Made by a program: the position numbers and the translations under genes
Virus record (IMG/VR): IMGVR_UViG_3300042508_000910
DNA length: 64,000 bases
Strand: one strand, 5' to 3'
Origin: a virus
Shown here: positions 57,433 through 64,000 of the stretch, piece by piece
How positions within the stretch are numbered: the first letter of the stretch is position 1
Layout: the number at the start of each line of letters is the position of its first letter
The notes under the pieces: generated by a model
What the model saw: only the letters and a program-made list of their open reading frames with translations
Told to the model about the DNA's origin: nothing
Databases searched by the model: none

Positions 57433-58179
57433 CTACTTTTTATTATTATTTTTAGGTGTAGATAGTTCTTCGAATTTTTCAATAATATATGCTAGTATAT
57501 CATTTCGCATAATATCATCTGTTCCAAATTTAAATGTTTGTATACCTTTTTCTTTACTTTTTTTATCATCAAAAAGATCATATATAGATTCAAAACCACT
57601 ATTCTTAATATCTGATTGTCTAATATCTCCAATTAATATAAGCTTACTAAATCTTCCCATTCTAGTAGTTATCAATAATAAATCATGTATACTTAAATTT
57701 TGAGCTTCGTCACATATAATGTAACTAGCATTAATACTTAATCCACGAAGAAAACCTACTGGTAGTCCCTTAACCCTCTCTTCTTTTAACAATCTTTCGA
57801 CTTGTGATTTAGGTAATAATTCATGGAGCTTATCCATAAGTGGTTGTAAATATGGATCTAACTTACTGTGTAGATCTCCTTTTAAAAATCCAAGATTATG
57901 AGTAGAACTCTCTACAGGATTACGAATATAGAATATTTCACCTATTTTCTTATCATTTAAGGATTTTAAAGCAGAATATACTGATAATAGACTCTTGGCT
58001 GTTCCAGCAGGACCTTTGCATAATACTATCTTAGTCTCTTTATTCTGTATTAATTCTATGAATTTTTTTTGATTATCTGTCCATTGTAATTCACGAATAT
58101 CTAGAAAACCTTCAATTTTATCTCTTTGAGGAACTACTGGTGACTTATCTTGTGCTTTTTGTTTGTGTTTCTTAGACAT
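57433..58179 (-). CDS. phoH: PhoH-family ATPase
   Basis: GPAGTAKS, LGFLKG, FLRG, DEAQN, TRMG, GDIRQSD. Confidence 0.93.
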   Translation of the reverse strand: MSKKHKQKAQDKSPVVPQRDKIEGFLDIRELQWTDNQKKFIELIQNKETKIVLCKGPAGTAKSLLSVYSALKSLNDKKIGEIFYIRNPVESSTHNLGFLKGDLHSKLDPYLQPLMDKLHELLPKSQVERLLKEERVKGLPVGFLRGLSINASYIICDEAQNLSIHDLLLITTRMGRFSKLILIGDIRQSDIKNSGFESIYDLFDDKKSKEKGIQTFKFGTDDIMRNDILAYIIEKFEELSTPKNNNKK

Positions 58180-58197
58180 TAAAACTTACATTGATAT

Positions 58198-58224
58198 TTA
58201 CACGAAATATCAAATAATGTGTAA
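58198..58224. promoter_or_regulatory. Back-to-back GTGTAA putative late promoters
   Basis: TTACAC 58198-58203 and GTGTAA 58219-58224 between divergent genes; overlapping hairpin 58191-58213. Confidence 0.6.
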
Positions 58225-58235
58225 ATAATTTAGAG

Positions 58236-58877
58236 ATGGCTTTTTTAAATGCTAATATTCCGCCAATTGGATGTTTCGTAAGAGGAAACTACTTAAGAGA
58301 TCAACAAGACAGCCATGATAAATATTTTCCATGCCTTATCTTTGGTGTTACAAGTCTTCCAAGTCAAGTCCCGCTTTTTAATTTTATAATGGAAGATGGA
58401 GGAATTTGGTGGCATGCCCCAATTAGCGCATTCTGTACAAAAGAAAATACTCCAGAACAAGATCTTCATGAATTAGAACTTTGGGATAATTTTAGTTATC
58501 ATATTGCAGTTACTAAATTTTCTGTATTACAAAATAAAAAGATAAAATTTTTAGCCAGAAGTGGTAAAGAATATTTTGGTACGTATCTATTTACTCTTGA
58601 TTGGGCGCATAGTGATTTTAATGAGTTAAATTTTGGATTTAGCGAACATCCAGATCAACATAAATGCGGACATGTTTTACAACTAGATAATGGTAATTTT
58701 GCAATACAACCAAATAATAGAATAAGACTATATGATCCTAACTTCGTAACTAAACAAGGACAAAATCTTATTGAAAGAAAAGTAAATACAAAGCTTTATA
58801 CCGTAGAGAATTGCCCAAAATGGGTAACAGAAGATAGTAATAACTATGAGTATAAAATAGAGGAGGTAAAGGAATGA
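58236..58877 (+). CDS. Conserved hypothetical phage protein
   Basis: LNANIP, PISAF, YLFTLDW, QHKCGH, GNFAIQPNNR. Confidence 0.7.
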   Translation: MAFLNANIPPIGCFVRGNYLRDQQDSHDKYFPCLIFGVTSLPSQVPLFNFIMEDGGIWWHAPISAFCTKENTPEQDLHELELWDNFSYHIAVTKFSVLQNKKIKFLARSGKEYFGTYLFTLDWAHSDFNELNFGFSEHPDQHKCGHVLQLDNGNFAIQPNNRIRLYDPNFVTKQGQNLIERKVNTKLYTVENCPKWVTEDSNNYEYKIEEVKE

Positions 58878-59137
58878 GAAAACATATAACAATAACAAAT
58901 AAGAATATTAAAGATGGCGAATTAGCTAATCCAGAAAATTGTGCAATTGCGCGTTCTCTAAAAGATAGTATTCGTAGTCTTAAAACTGTTTCTGTTTTAG
59001 CAGACCATATTAAGATAGGCCTAAAAAATGGCAGATCTTATTACGCAGAGATGCCAAAAGAAGGAACAGATTTTATTAAAAGATTTGACAGAGGACAAGC
59101 TGTTTTTAAATTAAAGTTAGATTTAAATTTCGTTTAA
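58874..59137 (+). CDS. Hypothetical protein
   Basis: ATGA-coupled to the upstream gene; CAIARSL motif. Confidence 0.6.
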   Translation: MRKHITITNKNIKDGELANPENCAIARSLKDSIRSLKTVSVLADHIKIGLKNGRSYYAEMPKEGTDFIKRFDRGQAVFKLKLDLNFV

Positions 59138-59139
59138 AT

Positions 59140-59493
59140 TTAATCTTCAAACATCTTTGGATGTTTCTTGCCTTTTCTAGTCTTACTCCAGTTTTCCCAA
59201 TACTTTTGCTTAACTGGATCTTTTCCGCCATATACTTTCTTGCGAGCTTCTGATAATTCTTTACTTTGATCGTACAAATCACCTAAAGTACCCTTTTTAT
59301 TACCAGTCATCTCAGCAAACTTTTTAGAATTCATAGAAGCATCCATTTTAGTATCAACACCCATTTGTGGAACAGTATATATGCGATTCCATTTTATTCC
59401 ATCTTTATCAATATATTCATGCTTATCATGAACACTTTGAAATACGCTTTTTAGTTCTTCAGTCTTAGGATGCTGATATAAATACTCTGGCAT
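59140..59493 (-). CDS. FmdB-like small protein
   Basis: MPEYLYQHP N-terminus. Confidence 0.55.
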   Translation of the reverse strand: MPEYLYQHPKTEELKSVFQSVHDKHEYIDKDGIKWNRIYTVPQMGVDTKMDASMNSKKFAEMTGNKKGTLGDLYDQSKELSEARKKVYGGKDPVKQKYWENWSKTRKGKKHPKMFED

Positions 59494-59494
59494 A

Positions 59495-60583
59495 TTATTG
59501 TAAATATGACAAAATTGAGTCTGTCATTTTTTCAAATGTAAACTTTTTCTGAAGCTCTAATCCAGCTTCATTTGTCTTGTTGATTTTGACTCTTTCGATA
59601 GCCTTATCACAAGCTTGGATGAATTCAGAAGGATTAAAATCAAAAATATTACCCTGATTAAATTGAGTTCCTTTTTTGAAGAACATATTATCGTAACATT
59701 CTATTTTACCACAAGGATTAACTAAAACAGAATTATCTTCATTTGCCCAACCTTTATAAGCATGAGCATTCATGATTACTGCATGTTTACCAAGCGCAAC
59801 GCTATTGAATTCTGGTAATCCCCATCCCTCTGCTCCACTCATTCCTAGCACAATATCAGCAGAATTTAAATAGTCATTATATATACTATTATTAGGCATG
59901 AATCCTAAGAAGTTAATATTGAAAAACTTTTGACCTTGTAGAATATGATTTATTAATTGCTGTTGGTCTTCTTGCTTTAAGAAAGGATTAAAAATGGAAC
60001 AATTTAAAAAGTATTCTCTTTTATTTCCATATCTTGAAAGCCAAGATTGAATAATTTTAGCATGATGCTTTCTCTTCTCTAATTTACCAACTAGATTAAA
60101 TGTTGTACGATCATTTAGATAGTTAGCTTTCTTCACAGAAAAACTATGTTTATCAAATGCTAATGGTAGATATTCAATATTATCAATACCATTATCTTCA
60201 AAAACTCTTTTTGTATATTCAGATGATACAAGAACTTTTCTATTATTTTTGATAATATTTATTTCTTCTTTAGTTGGCGAATCAAGTTCATAGAATGTTA
60301 ATAGTACTTGATTATCGCTGAAGTTTTCTAAAGAACCATTTAGATGCCATAATTTAAATATAGGATTAGATCTATTATGATCTTTTAGAGCCTTATCTGA
60401 ACATAGCTTTATCCATTCAACGAAATCTTTTTCTACATTATGCACACCAAGATCAGCTTGATTACCTATTAAGAATAGGCAAGGTTCCAGTTTTCTCTTA
60501 TAGATTTCTCTTAAGATACCGACTGAAACCTGCCCAAAACTTACTGCATTGACAGGTAAATGTAATGCAAAGTCTTTACTCAC
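59495..60583 (-). CDS. GT4 glycosyltransferase
   Basis: FYELD, GKLEKRK, SGAEGWGLPEF. Confidence 0.8.
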   Translation of the reverse strand: MSKDFALHLPVNAVSFGQVSVGILREIYKRKLEPCLFLIGNQADLGVHNVEKDFVEWIKLCSDKALKDHNRSNPIFKLWHLNGSLENFSDNQVLLTFYELDSPTKEEINIIKNNRKVLVSSEYTKRVFEDNGIDNIEYLPLAFDKHSFSVKKANYLNDRTTFNLVGKLEKRKHHAKIIQSWLSRYGNKREYFLNCSIFNPFLKQEDQQQLINHILQGQKFFNINFLGFMPNNSIYNDYLNSADIVLGMSGAEGWGLPEFNSVALGKHAVIMNAHAYKGWANEDNSVLVNPCGKIECYDNMFFKKGTQFNQGNIFDFNPSEFIQACDKAIERVKINKTNEAGLELQKKFTFEKMTDSILSYLQ

Positions 60584-60885
60584 AGAATGTCTTCGTCTTC
60601 TTCTTGAACAACAGCCTTGACTGGAGCTTTTACGAACTTCTTAGACGTAGATGCTGTATCAACTGCTGGCTTTGAAGCCTGAGCCTTTGGTTCAGAAACA
60701 TATACGCGAAAGTCTGGAGCCTTGTCATTCTTCTTATTCTTATTAGAAAAGACAACAACATTAATACGCTCACCATCTTCAAAAGATAGGTGACCAGTCA
60801 AATAGGTTTGAGTAGCACCTTTCTTCTTCCATAGTGCGCCAAGCTCACGCTTAGACCAATCATTTGTTTTATTATTTTCGCTCAT
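60580..60885 (-). CDS. DUF736-like putative ssDNA-binding protein
   Basis: ELGALW...YLTG...NKNKKNDKAPDFRVY; acidic tail EEDEDIL; SD AAGGAG. Confidence 0.65.
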   Translation of the reverse strand: MSENNKTNDWSKRELGALWKKKGATQTYLTGHLSFEDGERINVVVFSNKNKKNDKAPDFRVYVSEPKAQASKPAVDTASTSKKFVKAPVKAVVQEEDEDIL

Positions 60886-60909
60886 TTTGTTTTTTGTATC
60901 TCCTTATTT

Positions 60910-61515
60910 TTATATTTTATCAAACAAATCCTTACTTGTCAATTTATTTTTTAGAATTTGAACACCTTTATTATGTAAATTAATTGCATTTTGCGTACTC
61001 ATGTTCATCTTCTTACCTATTTTTGTCCAAGTTTGAGTCGTATCAGTTTCAAAATATCTCATGTTAAATATTTTGGATATTCTCTCATCCTTTAATTGGT
61101 CTAATAGTAGCGTTATATATTCTTTTAATTCTACCAACTTATTAGTGTTCATATTGTTTTGATTTTGCTGATCAATTATATTTGCTAAATCTTTAGTCTC
61201 CATATAAATTATATCTTCTTTTTTGTTTATCGTATTTAAACAATGGTATCTTATTTGATTGCCTAGCCAAGTAGAGAATTTAACTTTTTTACTTAATTTA
61301 AAAGACTTTGCAGATTTATATATAACATAATCTTTCTCTCTGCATACTTCATCAATATCTATATTTTTAACCCCAAATGATGGTGAATATTTCTTGTATA
61401 TTTTATAACAAAGAGGAGAATGTCTTGCTGATAGAATTTTTAAGCTATCTTCACAATTAAGATTCTTTATTCTTTTTATAAGATATTCGTCAGTTTTATC
61501 ATCTAGTCTTTTCAT
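60910..61515 (-). CDS. Second sigma70-like factor
   Basis: KSAKSF...KFSTWLGNQIRY (region 2); IFNMRYF...TWTKIGKKMNMS (region 4). Confidence 0.8.
   Translation of the reverse strand: MKRLDDKTDEYLIKRIKNLNCEDSLKILSARHSPLCYKIYKKYSPSFGVKNIDIDEVCREKDYVIYKSAKSFKLSKKVKFSTWLGNQIRYHCLNTINKKEDIIYMETKDLANIIDQQNQNNMNTNKLVELKEYITLLLDQLKDERISKIFNMRYFETDTTQTWTKIGKKMNMSTQNAINLHNKGVQILKNKLTSKDLFDKI
60914..60942 (-). promoter_or_regulatory. Sigma70-type promoter (leadered, with SD)
   Basis: TTGACA-17-TAAAAT inside the 3' end of the sigma gene. Confidence 0.7.
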
Positions 61516-62089
61516 AGAATTTAATAAATCCTTTTACAGCTTCATTCAGAGAATCATCATCAACTGCATTCTGATTAGAATCAACGGTTGGCCATTTAAT
61601 TGAATAATCAGCTTTAGTCTTTAATTTCTCGTTATTGATAGATTCTTCTTCATTTGCTGGTGGTATTTCATCTTCTCCAAAGGTTCTAGTTATATGAACT
61701 AGAGTACCACTATTCTCTTCTTTTAGCCAGTGAAATTCATCTTTAGGATATATATCATATCTTATATCAGTTATAACAGGGATTTTATCGCTTCTTAGTA
61801 TTTCATTAATCTTTTTTTGTGCTAGACATGTCCAATATGTGCCTTCTGTTTGTTGCCTTTTAATTTTTCCGTACTCTACCATTAGACCTCTTATCAAGGA
61901 CTTTTCTTTTGTATCATCAGTAAAAACAGAAATTCCAATCTTTGATTTTAAGAAATCATTTAAATCCTTTTTAAGTTCATAAGCCAAAGCCACTTGTTCA
62001 ACTTCTGGTAAATATTTTTTTAGTATATTAAAAAATGTATCTTTACCTGCTCTGGCACAACCAGATACTCCAATGATTTTATTAGACAT
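61499..62089 (-). CDS. Deoxynucleoside monophosphate kinase
   Basis: IGVSGCARAGKDT, ALAYELK, ITDIRY. Confidence 0.8.
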   Translation of the reverse strand: MSNKIIGVSGCARAGKDTFFNILKKYLPEVEQVALAYELKKDLNDFLKSKIGISVFTDDTKEKSLIRGLMVEYGKIKRQQTEGTYWTCLAQKKINEILRSDKIPVITDIRYDIYPKDEFHWLKEENSGTLVHITRTFGEDEIPPANEEESINNEKLKTKADYSIKWPTVDSNQNAVDDDSLNEAVKGFIKFYEKTR

Positions 62090-62095
62090 TTGTAT

Positions 62096-62124
62096 ATTTT
62101 ATACTAAGTTTATCTATTCGTCAA
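62096..62124 (-). promoter_or_regulatory. Sigma70-type promoter, leaderless
   Basis: TTGACG-17-TAAAAT, 6 nt before the ATG at 62089. Confidence 0.7.
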
Positions 62125-62530
62125 GACTTTCTTGTTTTTCCGTTGTAGCCATTGAAGCTAAAAATATCAAATTTCTTATATCCTTTTCTACAATAGACTT
62201 TGCATCACAATAATCTCTTTTATCTTTTATCTTATCGCAAAAATCATTAATAATTTTCGCTACCATATTAGCTGTTATTCCGCCAATCAAGACGTTTTGA
62301 TCATAATTATTTAAAGGCTTTTTTAAGATATATGTTTTGGTTTTTCCAGAACTAAAGCATTTTAATATCTCATTCTTTTCTAGATCTTCTAGTGCTAAAT
62401 TTATAGCCATCTTATCCTTGTCTGGATTTTCTGAAATTAAAATCAAATCTTTATAATTGTCTTCGATACTAAATGCGTCATTTTTTTGAAAGAAATCTAA
62501 TAATTTATTTGCTGCATCTAAAACAGTCAT
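62114..62530 (-). CDS. Hypothetical protein (winged-helix-like?)
   Basis: 138 aa ORF. Confidence 0.55.
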   Translation of the reverse strand: MTVLDAANKLLDFFQKNDAFSIEDNYKDLILISENPDKDKMAINLALEDLEKNEILKCFSSGKTKTYILKKPLNNYDQNVLIGGITANMVAKIINDFCDKIKDKRDYCDAKSIVEKDIRNLIFLASMATTEKQESLDE

Positions 62531-62588
62531 CTTTATAATTATATTAAAAAAACCTTGTTTTCACTATAAAAAGTTGTATAATATAAAT

Positions 62589-62666
62589 ATGGAAATAACC
62601 TTAATTCTAATAATGTCTTTATATATCTATCATAGACTAGGGGTAATGGCTTCAAAAACTAGATGA
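62589..62666 (+). CDS. 25-aa hydrophobic peptide MEITLILIMSLYIYHRLGVMASKTR (not in ORF track)
   Basis: ATG 6 nt after TATAAT (62577-62582); its stop overlaps the dCMP deaminase start (ATGA). Confidence 0.55.
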   Translation: MEITLILIMSLYIYHRLGVMASKTR

Positions 62667-63082
62667 ATAGAATATCTTTTGAAGATATGGCTATTGAAAT
62701 AGCTATTATTGCATCTAAGCGATCAGAAGATCCACATAAGAAAGTCGGAGCATGCGTATTAGACAAGGATGGAAAAGTTCTTGGAGTTGGATACAATGGT
62801 ATAAGAAAAAAGCAGACAAAATCCGATGAATTTTGGTCTGATAGAGATAATAGAAGGAAATATATTATACATGCAGAAGTTAATGCTCTTTCAAATGTAG
62901 ATACTACTAAGGCTAATCTGTTAGCGGTGACTTTACTTCCATGTACTAGCTGTGCAAATTTTATAGCTTCTCATAATATTGAGAAGGTTATTTATCTAGA
63001 AGAATATGATAAAGATCCTCAATCTAAAGACATTTTTAAATTTCATAATATAGAACTTATCAAGTATGAATCCAGAAGTTAA
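62663..63082 (+). CDS. dCMP deaminase
   Basis: RSEDP..KVGA, GYNG, HAEVNAL, PCTSC. Confidence 0.92.
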   Translation: MNRISFEDMAIEIAIIASKRSEDPHKKVGACVLDKDGKVLGVGYNGIRKKQTKSDEFWSDRDNRRKYIIHAEVNALSNVDTTKANLLAVTLLPCTSCANFIASHNIEKVIYLEEYDKDPQSKDIFKFHNIELIKYESRS

Positions 63083-63491
63083 ATTTAAAAAATTATTTGA
63101 TAAAGCTCAAAATATAAACGATGAATATAAATCTTCTATATACTCAATATCTAGCGCAGAAAGGTGTTATGTAGCTCCTGGAGAAAGAAAAAAAATAAAG
63201 ACATTTCTAGAGATAAATATTCCTTCTGGTTTTTTCGGACTTATCCAACCAAGAAAAGATGAATATTTAAGAATTGGTCTCAATGTATTTCCAGAGATAT
63301 TATATCCAGAAGATAAAAAAGAGTTGCAATTGGTAGTAACTAATGTTAATATTCCTAAATCACCATTTTTTATGAGCGATAAAGAAAGATTCCTTGGAGA
63401 TAAATCTAAAATAGATATTTATATTGGAGACAAGATATGTAATTTTATTATCTTGCCTATTACAGAATTTAATGTAAAAGAAGTCTTATGA
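63066..63491 (+). CDS. dUTPase-fold protein with degenerate active site
   Basis: VAPGERKKIKT...IPSGFFGLIQPR...IGDKICNF; catalytic motifs missing. Confidence 0.7.
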   Translation: MNPEVKFKKLFDKAQNINDEYKSSIYSISSAERCYVAPGERKKIKTFLEINIPSGFFGLIQPRKDEYLRIGLNVFPEILYPEDKKELQLVVTNVNIPKSPFFMSDKERFLGDKSKIDIYIGDKICNFIILPITEFNVKEVL

Positions 63492-64000
63492 ATAAACTTA
63501 TATTTATAATATTATTTCTTGGTATCAACTTTAATCTTTTTGCACAAAGAGAAGAAGCATATATTACAAGAACGACATCTACTAATAGTGTTTTTCCTAG
63601 ACAATTTCCAGAAATGACTATTAGGAAAATGAGCGACAAAGAATATTATCTCTACGAGTCTCTAAGTACAAATACGATCTTTCATAGACAATTTCCTACA
63701 TATATTATAAGAAAAGAAAACTACGGTACACAAAAGTATAGATATGGAGTTTACAGAACTTTAAATACCAATACAATCTTTCATGCACAATTTCCAGATA
63801 GATATATTGGAGATCTCTCTTCATTTGGAATTAAAGATAATAACTACAAACAAGAGACAGCACCGTTAAACAACTCAAGAACCTATAGCCCAAGATATAA
63901 TACAACAGAGAATAATCAATCTCACACATCTGGCTATTCATATTCATCATCTCTTAGAACAGATGGGAAAAGAGCGTACTCTCCAGAAAGTCCAGAATGA
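63488..64000 (+). CDS. Signal-peptide protein with three internal repeats
   Basis: MNKLIFIILFLGINFNLFA|Q; STNSVFPRQFP / STNTIFHRQFP / NTNTIFHAQFP. Confidence 0.65.
   Translation: MNKLIFIILFLGINFNLFAQREEAYITRTTSTNSVFPRQFPEMTIRKMSDKEYYLYESLSTNTIFHRQFPTYIIRKENYGTQKYRYGVYRTLNTNTIFHAQFPDRYIGDLSSFGIKDNNYKQETAPLNNSRTYSPRYNTTENNQSHTSGYSYSSSLRTDGKRAYSPESPE

Noticed and set aside
167-57703. Short antisense or nested ORFs in the track (e.g. 167-364, 536-724, 3594-3827, 18461-18919, 20883-21152, 34688-34945, 46088-46453, 57260-57703)
   Set aside because: Shadows of well-supported genes, with no motifs or promoters.
1-64000. Stop-codon reassignment
   Set aside because: Conserved enzymes are full length in code 11, and TAA, TGA and TAG all end genes.

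Overview
This is an AT-rich, gene-dense 64 kb segment of a large tailed dsDNA phage (Caudoviricetes) in the standard genetic code, with almost all genes on the minus strand. Layout: (1) 3' part of a large tail-fibre-like protein, truncated at the window start; (2) replication/recombination module with a Rad52-like annealing protein, a Whirly-like SSB, DnaE split into PHP and core genes, DnaQ-like exonuclease, Cas4/AddB-like nuclease, primase, ThyX, DnaB and RecA, plus two embedded glycosyltransferase genes; (3) a ~15 kb NDP-sugar biosynthesis and glycosyltransferase island (19.4-34.4 kb); (4) virion/head accessory genes; (5) a tmRNA and a divergent, highly structured ~300 nt putative ncRNA; (6) class Ia RNR, portal, terminase, ERCC4 nuclease, two sigma-like factors, PhoH and nucleotide metabolism genes. 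The main candidates for new biology are: a putative virion O-glycosylation system (about a dozen GT genes, rare-sugar pathways, and structural proteins strongly enriched in S/T-G dipeptides); the unassigned pseudoknotted ncRNA; a two-tier, largely leaderless promoter system (sigma70-type and a GTGTAA motif); a Whirly-type SSB; and a tmRNA with a long basic tag. All protein calls come from motif recognition by eye, with no database searches.
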